A DNA stretch of 64,000 nt. It comes from Deltaproteobacteria bacterium (GTDB lineage: Bacteria > Myxococcota > Kuafuiibacteriia > Kuafuiibacteriales > Kuafuiibacteriaceae). Of this stretch, positions 27,646-36,278 are shown in pieces. Each line of letters begins with the position of its first letter. Positions within the stretch are counted from its first letter, which is position 1. The translations under genes were made by a program, and so were the position numbers. The notes under the pieces were generated by a model. The model was not told where the DNA came from. It searched no databases and was given only the letters and a program-made list of their open reading frames with translations. The DNA lies in assembly GCA_040218735.1 (NCBI GenBank), contig JAVJQW010000023.1:672001-736000 (forward strand), written 5' to 3'.

Positions 27646-29093
27646 GGTTCCTCGCCGTCGTCGTCGCGCTGCTCCCGAGCTCGGCGTTCGCCGCCGGCTT
27701 CTACACCGGCGACGTCGGAACCCGCGGCGTCGGGCGCGGCGGCGCGTTCGTCGCCGCTCCGGACAGCGTGCTCGCCGCACACTACAACCCCGCCGGTCTC
27801 AGTCAGCTCCGCGGGCTCCACCTGCTCGTGGACGCCTCCCTCGTCGACTTCAACGCGACGCTGAACCGTCGCTGCCGTTGCGCCGACCCTTCGCTAGAGA
27901 TGGCAGCGACCTACGACGCCGCGCTCACCGCCGACTTCACGCCGCAGACCAGCCGCACGCCGCTCGTCATCCCGTTCATCGGCGCCGCGTACGGCTTCGA
28001 CTTCCTCGACCTCACCGTCGCCGCCACCGTCCACGGCCCCAACAGCGGCCGCCACCAGTGGGGTGACCCACCGCCGACGCGCCGCCCGAACTACGTGAAC
28101 GAAGCGACGGACTTCGCGGGACGCTACTCCGCGCACACGGTGAAGAACGTCGAGGTGAACAGCGCGTTGACCGTCGCGCTACAGCCGCTTCCGCGCCTGC
28201 GCGTCGGCGCTTCGCTCATCGTCTTCCTCGCACAGAGCGAGCAAACCCAAACGCTGTGGGCCAACCTCGCCGACTTCCCGGACGGACCGGAGGACCCCCG
28301 CTTCGACGTCCCGATCCGCTTCACCCTCGCCCCGTCGCTGTTCCTCAACTGGGCGGTGGGCGCGAGCTACGAACCGATCGACGGCCTCTTCATCGGCGCG
28401 TCCTTCCGCGCCGAACGGCGGGTCCGCGGCGACGGAACGTTGGAGGCCGATCTCCCCCGCTTCCTCCGCGACCCCGACACCAACGCGCCGCTCCTCGGCG
28501 CGGCGATTCGCGGCCAGGACGCGAAGGTCGCGCTCGACATCGCACCCATCGCTCGCGCCGGAATCGAATACCGGATGCCGGGAGTCTTCCGCGCGGAGGC
28601 CGCCGTGGTTTGGGAGGGGTGGTCGGCGCACGAGAGCATCGTGCTCTCGCCGCAGGACATCGTGATCGATCTGATGGGATCGTCGACGCCCATCCCCGAG
28701 ATCACGATCGACCGACGCTGGGTCGACACGGTCTCGGTCCGGCTCGGTGGGGAGCTCGACGTCCTGCAACCTCACTTGCGGCTCCGAGCTGGTTATTACT
28801 TCGAGACCTCGGCTGTCGAGGAGCGACGCCTCACCATCGCGCGGATCGACCGCCCCAAACACGGCTTCTCGCTCGGCGCGTCGAAGTCCTTCTACGGTTT
28901 CGACATCGACGTCGCGTTCACGTACGTCTACCTCGCACCGTCGGACGTCTCCGACTCCGAGGTCCCGATCGTCGCCCCGTTCCCGGAGGAGGAGGACGGG
29001 ATCGGCGACCGCGAGTTCGTTTCGACCATCGGCAACGGGTCGATAACGAGCCGGTTCCTGATCGGGTCGGTGGCGGTCGGCTACCGCTGGTGA
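27642..29093 (+). CDS. FadL/TodX/OmpP1 family outer-membrane transport protein
   Basis: Signal peptide then AGFY..D.G.RG.GRGGAFVA.PD...A.HYNPAGL; W.DTVSVRLG; C-terminal aromatic VGYRW. Confidence 0.85.
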   Translation: MRFLAVVVALLPSSAFAAGFYTGDVGTRGVGRGGAFVAAPDSVLAAHYNPAGLSQLRGLHLLVDASLVDFNATLNRRCRCADPSLEMAATYDAALTADFTPQTSRTPLVIPFIGAAYGFDFLDLTVAATVHGPNSGRHQWGDPPPTRRPNYVNEATDFAGRYSAHTVKNVEVNSALTVALQPLPRLRVGASLIVFLAQSEQTQTLWANLADFPDGPEDPRFDVPIRFTLAPSLFLNWAVGASYEPIDGLFIGASFRAERRVRGDGTLEADLPRFLRDPDTNAPLLGAAIRGQDAKVALDIAPIARAGIEYRMPGVFRAEAAVVWEGWSAHESIVLSPQDIVIDLMGSSTPIPEITIDRRWVDTVSVRLGGELDVLQPHLRLRAGYYFETSAVEERRLTIARIDRPKHGFSLGASKSFYGFDIDVAFTYVYLAPSDVSDSEVPIVAPFPEEEDGIGDREFVSTIGNGSITSRFLIGSVAVGYRW

Positions 29094-29150
29094 TTTTGTG
29101 TGATCACTTTGCGGCCCGTTTCCGGCGTCCCTACGTAAGGACCCCGGAAA

Positions 29151-30386
29151 ATGAAAAAGACGAACCTCACGCTCCTCACCCTCCTCCTCGCGGCCTGCGC
29201 CTCGGGCAGCAACGAAACCCCCGCCCCCGTCGAATTCGACGACACCTACGTCCCTCCGGCGAACCGCATCGACCCGGTCGCCGCCGCGGCCTTCGAGAGC
29301 CCGGACTTCGCGGCCCTCGGCGCCGCCCGGTCCGGCGTGTCCGGCGTCGGGCGCGCTCCGGAGGCCTCCCTCCGCCGCTACGTCTCCGCCGCGAACGGTG
29401 ACGACGCGAACGACGGCTCCGAGGCGAACCCCTGGCGGACGCTCCAACACGCCGCCGACACGGCGGAGCCCGGAACGATGATCCTCGTCGACGACAGCGC
29501 CCCCTACGCGGGCGGGCTGCAGATCCACAACAGCGGCGAGCCGGGCCGCTACATCGTCTTCGCGAACCGCGACCCGGGGCGCGCCCCGATCATCCAGCCG
29601 GATCCGTCACGCCGTGCCGTGGTGGAGATCGACGCGAGCTACGTCGTGCTCCGCGGCTTCGACATCGGCCACCACCAACGCGCGACCCTCGACGACGACA
29701 CGATCGGCGTGCTCGTCGAGCCCAACGACGGCGACATCTCGAACATCTACGTCGTCGCCAACCGCGTCCACCACATCGGCCCGCCCGACCTCTCGGATGT
29801 GTCCTGCTACTACAACGGCCACGGAATCATCGCGCAGGCGGAGGGCCACCGCATCTCGGCGATCGTCATCGACGGCAACGAGATCCACGACATGTACGTC
29901 GGCAACAGCGAGGTGCTCGTGCTCAACGGCAACGTGAACGGCTTCCGCGTCACCAACAACTACGTGCACGACGTGAACAACATCGCGATCGACATCATCG
30001 GCTACGAGAAGAACTCGAGCGAGACCACCAGCAACGGACTCGTCGCGGACAACGTCGTCCTCGACGCGTCGAACTACTGGCCCTACTGCTCACGCGGTAA
30101 CTGCACTTACCCGGCGGGCGACGAGTCCTCCGACGGCATCTATGTCGACGGCGGCGCCAGCATGGTCATCGAGTACAACGTCGTCGGCCGCACCGACCAC
30201 GGCATCGAGCTGCAGTCCGAGAACGGAGAGCTGATCCGCGACGTCGAGGTCCGCTACAACGTCGTCTTCAACAGCAACTACAAGAACATCACGATCGGCG
30301 ACTCCGAGAACGTGAGTGAGCACGACAACGTGACGATGGACGAGGCGAGGCTCGCGGACGCGAGCCTCGAAAGCTGCATACGGTAG
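29151..30386 (+). CDS. lipoprotein with right-handed parallel beta-helix (pectate-lyase-like, DUF1565-type N-terminus)
   Basis: Lipobox LAAC; YVS..NGDD.NDGS...PWRTLQHAAD...PG; Asn-ladder repeats GNEIHD, NNYVHD, DGIYVDGG, YNVV. Confidence 0.82.
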   Translation: MKKTNLTLLTLLLAACASGSNETPAPVEFDDTYVPPANRIDPVAAAAFESPDFAALGAARSGVSGVGRAPEASLRRYVSAANGDDANDGSEANPWRTLQHAADTAEPGTMILVDDSAPYAGGLQIHNSGEPGRYIVFANRDPGRAPIIQPDPSRRAVVEIDASYVVLRGFDIGHHQRATLDDDTIGVLVEPNDGDISNIYVVANRVHHIGPPDLSDVSCYYNGHGIIAQAEGHRISAIVIDGNEIHDMYVGNSEVLVLNGNVNGFRVTNNYVHDVNNIAIDIIGYEKNSSETTSNGLVADNVVLDASNYWPYCSRGNCTYPAGDESSDGIYVDGGASMVIEYNVVGRTDHGIELQSENGELIRDVEVRYNVVFNSNYKNITIGDSENVSEHDNVTMDEARLADASLESCIR

Positions 30387-30443
30387 CCGACAGCCACGAG
30401 CCGACAGCCGCTAGCTCCAGAATCTGGCTAGCGGCTGCTGGCT
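30385..30443. terminator. probable bidirectional terminator hairpin built from AGCCGAC-like heptamers
   Basis: Stem CAGCCGCTAGC (30405-30415) / GCTAGCGGCTG (30427-30437) between convergent genes. Confidence 0.6.
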
Positions 30444-30453
30444 GCAAGCGGGC

Positions 30454-32043
30454 TCAACGCTTCTCGAAGCGGATCGCGTCCGCGATGAGGTAGCCGCGGC
30501 CGTTGGTCCAGCAGGAGATCAACACACGCCAGGCATCACCCGCCGCGAAGCGGTACGTGCCGAGGCTGACCCACTGGCCGCCCTTGTCGCTGATGTTCCG
30601 GTGCACCGTCGTCGATCCGCTCGCGTGCTGAATCACGTACGGGACGTTGGTGTTGTAGCCGTTGCCCGGGACGCGCGCGAAGACCTCGTAGTTGCCGGTC
30701 TCGCCCAGCGCGACCTTGTACTCGGCCGGGTCGCTCGTGAACGCCGGCGAACGGAAGCGGTAGTTCGACCCGACCTTGCCGGACGCCCAGCTCGACAGAT
30801 CCCAGGAGCCGCTCGAACGGAACCGACCGCTGTCCGTGTTGTCGACCGTGACGACCGGGCCCGTGCTCGGCGGCGGGTTCGTCGGCGGCGGGTTCGTCGG
30901 CGGCGGCGGGTTCGTCGAGCCGCTCGCGATGCGCTGCAGGTACGAGCTCCAGGGCCAGTTCGGACCCGGGTCGGTGCGCGACTCGGGCTGCAGCTGACCG
31001 TGCGCCACGATGTGGTAGCGGTCGCGCGGGATGTTGTTGCGCGCGGTGATGTCCCGAACCAGGTTCACGCTCGCGGTGATCTGCCCCTCGGGCCACGTGC
31101 GCTGCGCGGCGCGGCCGCCGTGCTCGATGCCGACTGAGAAGTTGTTCGAGGAGACGCCGTTGCGGTTCGACAGGCGGCCGCTGTTCAGGCTCGAGCGATA
31201 CGTCGCCGAGATGTGCCAAGCCTTGCGCGCCTCGTCGACGAGCTGCGCGATCTGGCTGCCGCTCTCGTTGACGACGTAGTGCGCCGACACGCGGGAGCGC
31301 GACTGACGCAGCCAGCTCACGCAACCGGAGTACGCACCTTCGCAGGTGTGAATCACGACGATCTCGGGGCTGTAGCTGCCGCGCGAGCTGTGGTTCGGGG
31401 AGGGCAGCCACGTGGCGAGCGACGAGCGCAGGCCCTGCGACGTCGTCTCGACCATCTCCTGCGCCTCGGCGTGGCGACCGATGATCATCGTGCTGCCGTC
31501 GGCGAGCGGGACCGCGAGGCCCTGCGAAACGATCGAGAGGATCTCGTTCGAGAACACCGGACGCATGTCGTCGTCGAGGTCGCCCATCTTCTCGAGCGCG
31601 TCCTTCCACAGCGTGACGTCGCCGCGCTGGTCACGCGGGATGCCGGCGTCGTCCGCGTAGGTCGACAGCAGGGCCGCCGCCGCGCGCACGTTGAGGTCGT
31701 CCGCGGACATGACCTCTTCGACCGTCGAGCCGATGAGGAAGGAGGCGAGCTGCAGCTCGTCACCGCGCAGCGCGAAGAGACCGTACGGCGCAGGCTGGCC
31801 TTCGAACTCCACCGCACCCGCGGCGGGCTCGAGCTGCGTCTCGTGGTACGAGATCGCCTTCAGGAGATCGACCGGCACGTCGAACTCGTCGGCGGCCTCC
31901 TCGAACATCAACGCCATCGGCGAAGACTCGTCGACCTCCGGGACGGCCACACCGAGCCGCCCGTCGACCTGACCGTCGCCCTCCGGGACACAAGCGGCCA
32001 ACATCAGTACCGCACCACCAACCAACACACTCGTTTTGTTCAT
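30454..32043 (-). CDS. N-acetylmuramoyl-L-alanine amidase (Amidase_2) lipoprotein with N-terminal lysozyme-like region and C-terminal golvesin-like domain
   Basis: Lipobox LAAC; FEEAADEFDVPVDLLKAISYHET; amidase VVIHTCEG..SAHYVV..AWHI..SVGIEH..IVAH..RTDPGPNWPW; NPPP linker; GGQWVSLGTY.F..ADAIRF. Confidence 0.9.
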   Translation of the reverse strand: MNKTSVLVGGAVLMLAACVPEGDGQVDGRLGVAVPEVDESSPMALMFEEAADEFDVPVDLLKAISYHETQLEPAAGAVEFEGQPAPYGLFALRGDELQLASFLIGSTVEEVMSADDLNVRAAAALLSTYADDAGIPRDQRGDVTLWKDALEKMGDLDDDMRPVFSNEILSIVSQGLAVPLADGSTMIIGRHAEAQEMVETTSQGLRSSLATWLPSPNHSSRGSYSPEIVVIHTCEGAYSGCVSWLRQSRSRVSAHYVVNESGSQIAQLVDEARKAWHISATYRSSLNSGRLSNRNGVSSNNFSVGIEHGGRAAQRTWPEGQITASVNLVRDITARNNIPRDRYHIVAHGQLQPESRTDPGPNWPWSSYLQRIASGSTNPPPPTNPPPTNPPPSTGPVVTVDNTDSGRFRSSGSWDLSSWASGKVGSNYRFRSPAFTSDPAEYKVALGETGNYEVFARVPGNGYNTNVPYVIQHASGSTTVHRNISDKGGQWVSLGTYRFAAGDAWRVLISCWTNGRGYLIADAIRFEKR

Positions 32044-33092
32044 CACGCTTCGTCGCTCCCTTCGACGTCCATCGAATCAACCCAGCGCGGCAGCCAGAGC
32101 TCGTCGACATCGACCGAAAGGGTCGTCCGACGCTCGCCGTCCTCGCGCATCAGGAGGAGGCGGTTCTTGCCCTCCTCCTTCGAAACCAAGACCAAGAATT
32201 GCCCGTCCGGTGACCAGGACGGATCGAAGTGATCATCGCTCTTCTTCGAGAGCCGCCAGCTCGTGTGCTTCGTCGCGTGCGCGACGTGCAGCTTCGAGCC
32301 GGTCTGCTGCGCGCGCACGGTGTACGCGACGAGCGGCTGCGCGGGGTGCCACGCGAACCGTTCGACGCGCGCGTGCGCGGGGGCCTCGCCGAGCTTCGTC
32401 AGGCCATTGCCGTCGGCGCCGATCACGTACAGCTCGTCGCGCGTGTCGCGACCGCTGATGAACGCGATGTGTCGACCGTCCGCCGACCACGCCGGCTTGA
32501 TCGAGTCGCCGGTGTGGGAAGTGAGGCGGCGCTGCGCGCTGCCGTCGGCGTTCATCACGAACAGGTCGAGCTGGCCGTGCCGGCTGCTCGCGAACGCGAT
32601 CTTCGTTCCGTCGGGCGACCACGCCGCGTCGAAGTTGCCTTCGCGGTTGTCCGTCAGCCGGACGAGCTCACCCGTCGCGAGCTGCACCTTGTACAGGTCG
32701 CGGAACGAAGCGCGCGCGGACTCGAAGAGGACCCACGCGCCGTCGGGCGAAAAGCGCGGGTGCCAGTCGAAGCCCGGCGCCGGCGCGATGACCTGACGTC
32801 CGCCGAGCGCGGCGTCCGCGAGGACGATGTCGTCGTCGATCGTGAGCGCGACGCGATCCTTCGCGTCGCCGACGTACGCGCGCTCGTCCTGTGTGAGCCG
32901 GCGGGCGTCGGTGCCGTCGGGGCGTACGCGGTACAGGGGGCTGGGGTCGTCGGCGTGGTGGCCGCCCGCGGAGAAGTAGACGTATCCGGGGAGGGCGCTC
33001 CGCTCGTCGGCGGTCAGCGGGCCACGGGGCGAGGCGTCACGGCACGAAGCAGCCGCAACGAAGAGCAGGACAGCGCCGACTCCGAACCTCAC
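32043..33092 (-). CDS. TolB-like PD40 beta-propeller lipoprotein
   Basis: Repeats P.FSPDG, AWSPDGTKIAF.S.R.G..DLFVMNADGS, PAWSADG, PSWSPDG; TGATG overlap with the amidase. Confidence 0.88.
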   Translation of the reverse strand: MRFGVGAVLLFVAAASCRDASPRGPLTADERSALPGYVYFSAGGHHADDPSPLYRVRPDGTDARRLTQDERAYVGDAKDRVALTIDDDIVLADAALGGRQVIAPAPGFDWHPRFSPDGAWVLFESARASFRDLYKVQLATGELVRLTDNREGNFDAAWSPDGTKIAFASSRHGQLDLFVMNADGSAQRRLTSHTGDSIKPAWSADGRHIAFISGRDTRDELYVIGADGNGLTKLGEAPAHARVERFAWHPAQPLVAYTVRAQQTGSKLHVAHATKHTSWRLSKKSDDHFDPSWSPDGQFLVLVSKEEGKNRLLLMREDGERRTTLSVDVDELWLPRWVDSMDVEGSDEA

Positions 33093-33322
33093 GCATCCAG
33101 TCGTAGAACCTCCGTGAAAGGGCCCCTATCCCCCGAATATCGAACGGGTTCCGAACTCATGTGTACTAGAGACATCAGTGCGGATGTCAGACACCTTCAG
33201 GTCGAGGCAGGCGGGGAGGTCGAGGCGGGGGGTGGGGAGCGCGAGATCGGCATCTGCGCACATCTACCCACCCCCTGTGGACTGGAATGTACAGCTGGGC
33301 CCTGAGCGGTGTGTGCAGACCG

Positions 33323-34366
33323 CTAGTCCACGCGGCTGCGCTCGCGTTCTGCGACATCCGACTCAGGCGGCATCCGATCGCGCGGCATGGAGTCGTCACA
33401 GTCGGCGGCCCAGCGGGCGAGGAAGACCCCACCGCGCGCGTCGTCGTTCGCGATGATGCGGCCGTGGATCACGCCGGCGGTGTCGCCGTTGCGCTGGTGG
33501 AAGCGGGCACGCACGGCGATGGTCTCGTCGTCGATGCGCTCGAAGGTGCCGCGGGCGCGAGCGATGAAGTCGCCGTTCAGGCCGACGAGCTTCGCGAAGA
33601 ACACGTGGCTGCCGTCCCCACGCACGCCGTAGCGGCCGCGGATGTGGCCGATGCGATCGCCGTCGCGGTTGCGCACGACGCCGAAGACCGCGCCGACGCC
33701 GTCGTCGCCGAGGCCGGTCGCACGCGCGCGGATGGTGCCGCCGCGACACTCGGCGCCGTCGCTCTCCCGGTGCATGCGGAACGCACGAACGTAGACCTGG
33801 CCGTTCGGCGTGCGGTGCATGCTCTCGTGGTCGACGAGCTCGCGGAGCGGAATGCCGATCGTGAGGCCGGCGGTTTCGATCGCGAGGCCCCGTGCGTCCT
33901 CGCCGAACCCGAGGACGAAGCGGGCGCCGTCGTGGTCGCCGGCGGGCGTCGCGGAGTGCCACGAGACGGTGCTGCGGTCTCGGCGGGTCAGCTCGGGATC
34001 TTCGCGGTCTTCCGTGATGACCTGGCCGCGCAGGAACGCGCCGCCTTGCGCCGCGACGGTGAAGCGCCAGCGCGCGTCCGTGGGGCGGGAGCGATCGACG
34101 AGGTGACCGTATCGAATGGACAGGCCGATGCGGACGCCGTCGGCGCGGTCCGTCTCGGGGGGCATCCGGACGTCGCGCTCGGCGCGATCCTCGGCGCGGA
34201 CGCGGTCGTCGCCGAACTCGGGCGCCTCGTCCGACGTGGAGAGGCCGGCGTAGGCCTGCTCGAGATCGGCGATGGCGCTGTTCGACTGCGATACAGCGGT
34301 GGACGCGTCAGGACCACCGCAAGCGATGAGGAGGAAGGGCGTGACGAGGAGAGTGATTCGCTTCAT
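33323..34366 (-). CDS. hypothetical lipoprotein
   Basis: Lipobox LIAC after MKRITLL; Gly-rich beta C-terminus G.IRGRYG..FFAKL..G.F; GC3-rich frame. Confidence 0.7.
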   Translation of the reverse strand: MKRITLLVTPFLLIACGGPDASTAVSQSNSAIADLEQAYAGLSTSDEAPEFGDDRVRAEDRAERDVRMPPETDRADGVRIGLSIRYGHLVDRSRPTDARWRFTVAAQGGAFLRGQVITEDREDPELTRRDRSTVSWHSATPAGDHDGARFVLGFGEDARGLAIETAGLTIGIPLRELVDHESMHRTPNGQVYVRAFRMHRESDGAECRGGTIRARATGLGDDGVGAVFGVVRNRDGDRIGHIRGRYGVRGDGSHVFFAKLVGLNGDFIARARGTFERIDDETIAVRARFHQRNGDTAGVIHGRIIANDDARGGVFLARWAADCDDSMPRDRMPPESDVAERERSRVD

Positions 34367-34498
34367 GCGAACACCTCATCGCAAGGCGCAGGCCAACGGG
34401 GATCCATCGCGCGGCCCGTGATCTGCGGACAGATGTCCGCAGCCGCCACGTGTGGGTTTGCCGACGGCAGACCGCAGTTCGTAGGGTAGAATCGAACG

Positions 34499-35701
34499 TT
34501 GTCGGCGCCACCCCAACCGTCGCAGATCCGCGTGGGCTCGGTGATCCTCGCCCGCTACCGCGTCGATCTCCTCCTCTCGCGCGGCGCGAGCCCGACGCTG
34601 ATGTGCACGCGCTACCCCGACGGCGAGAAGGTCCTCGTGCGCGTGCTCTTCGATCCGCTCACGCAGGCGAAGGGGCCCCTGCTCGTCCACCTCGTGAAGG
34701 AGGCGCACGTCGCGCTCGCGGGCCGCGCCGACATCGCGCGGATCCTCAAGTTCGGCATCGACCGGGCGACGGGCGCGCGATGCCTGGTCATGACCTACGA
34801 CCAGTCCGCGACGGCCGCGCAGATCGTCGATCCCGAAGGTCGCGAGAACCGCACCGCACACGCCTTCCTGGAGATCGCAGGCGCGCTCGTCGAGCGCCAC
34901 GAACACGACCGCCGCCAAGCAACCCCGGAAGCCGCGCGCGGCCGGCCGAACGCGGTGGCGCCACGCCCGCGCGAACACACCACGGGGCCCACGCGATCAC
35001 GATCGACCCCCGATGAACACGTCGTGTGGGCGCAGGCGAAGGTCGTCGACGGCGACGACACCGTGCGCGGCATCCCGCGCCGACAGCTCCACGCGATCGT
35101 CGCGTTCCTCGTCGTCTCGCTGGTGATCGGCGCGGCCGTGTTCAGCCAGGACCGCAAGATCGAGCTGCCGCCGCAGCTGTACCCCTGGTACCACGACTAC
35201 GGCGGCGGAACGACCGGCTACACCGACCTGTTCGACGGCCCCGCCGACCCGAACGATCCTTTTGCGAACGACCCCGACGTCCGCGCCGCGCGCGCCATGC
35301 GCATCACCGTCCGCTCCAACCCGAGCGGCGCGAACCTCTGGGACGGCATGCGGAACCTCGGTCGCACTCCGACGGAGATCCAGCGCCCGAGCCGCGGCAG
35401 CGAGATGGTGCTGCGCGTCTCGAAGGCCGGCTACGGCGAGACGACGCTCGCCGTCTCGTGGAACAGCCCGCGCTCGCTGAAGGTCACGCTGGGCGGCGGC
35501 AACATCGGCGACGAGACCTCGAAGTTCATCCAAGAGCTGAAGCGCCAGAACGCGACGGGGATGGAGGAGATCGAGAAGGCCGTCGGCGAGAAGGCGCCGA
35601 CGGAGCTCGGCAAGCCGGACGGCCTCCCCGAGGTCGAGTCGCTGCCGAAGGGCCTCCCAAAGGTCGAGGGCGCGGTGCCCGAGATCTACGAGGACGAGTG
35701 A
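34499..35701 (+). CDS. membrane protein with degenerate kinase N-lobe and PEGA domain
   Basis: N-terminus resembles Hanks-kinase subdomains I-V without HRD/DFG; one TM helix (AIVAFLVVSLVIGAAVF); PEGA ITVRSNPSGA.LW....LGRTP..LRVSKAGY. Confidence 0.7.
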   Translation: MSAPPQPSQIRVGSVILARYRVDLLLSRGASPTLMCTRYPDGEKVLVRVLFDPLTQAKGPLLVHLVKEAHVALAGRADIARILKFGIDRATGARCLVMTYDQSATAAQIVDPEGRENRTAHAFLEIAGALVERHEHDRRQATPEAARGRPNAVAPRPREHTTGPTRSRSTPDEHVVWAQAKVVDGDDTVRGIPRRQLHAIVAFLVVSLVIGAAVFSQDRKIELPPQLYPWYHDYGGGTTGYTDLFDGPADPNDPFANDPDVRAARAMRITVRSNPSGANLWDGMRNLGRTPTEIQRPSRGSEMVLRVSKAGYGETTLAVSWNSPRSLKVTLGGGNIGDETSKFIQELKRQNATGMEEIEKAVGEKAPTELGKPDGLPEVESLPKGLPKVEGAVPEIYEDE

Positions 35702-35707
35702 GGCGCT

Positions 35708-36244
35708 CTATCGCGAGGGCCGGTACTCGGCGATCGAGTCCGTCGGGCGTTGCGTCTCGTAGACGCGGGTGAAGTCGACGCGCACCCGGTCGTCCTGCAC
35801 CGCCTTCGCGGTGACGCGATAGAGCCACTCGCTGATGCGCTCGCTGGTCGGGTTGAACGGGAAGACCGCGATCTTCATGCCCCCGGGGAAGCGGGTCTCG
35901 GCGCCTTCGAGCTCCACGTGCGGAAGCTCCAACGTGTCGATGCGCCCGTGCAGCTCGCGGCGGCTCTCGAGGAGCGCGACACCCATCGGCTCGAGCTGCG
36001 CGGCGATGTCGTCGTAGGTGTCGGCGCCGAGCGCGAGCGAGTGATCGAGGAGCTGGTGGCAAGGCCGAAGCACGTTCTTCTTGAGCACGGCGAAGTCCAC
36101 GACGAAGCCCTGCGCGTCGAGCTCGTCCGCCGACACCCCGACCTCGAAGCGCCAGGTGTGCCCGTGGATGTTGATACACGCGCCTGCGTGCCCACGGATG
36201 TGGTGCGCGAAGTCGATGTCGATGCTCTTGGTGATCAGATACAT
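35708..36244 (-). CDS. queD: 6-carboxy-5,6,7,8-tetrahydropterin synthase (QueD/PTPS family)
   Basis: FAHH...H.GAC.NIHGHTW, GFVVDF..LK, LDH, NPTSE, VYET. Confidence 0.88.
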   Translation of the reverse strand: MYLITKSIDIDFAHHIRGHAGACINIHGHTWRFEVGVSADELDAQGFVVDFAVLKKNVLRPCHQLLDHSLALGADTYDDIAAQLEPMGVALLESRRELHGRIDTLELPHVELEGAETRFPGGMKIAVFPFNPTSERISEWLYRVTAKAVQDDRVRVDFTRVYETQRPTDSIAEYRPSR

Positions 36245-36278
36245 CGCGTCGACCGACTAAAGCGGACGAAGCAGGGCC

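Noticed and set aside
33093-33322. 230-bp intergenic region with GGGGGTGGG/CCCACCCCC stem as a riboswitch or sRNA
   Set aside because: It can fold, but I recognise no Rfam-type signature; a covariance-model search would be needed.
35708-36244. queD as part of a 7-deazaguanine DNA-modification (dpd) island
   Set aside because: No dpdA/tgt, queC, queE or folE in the window.
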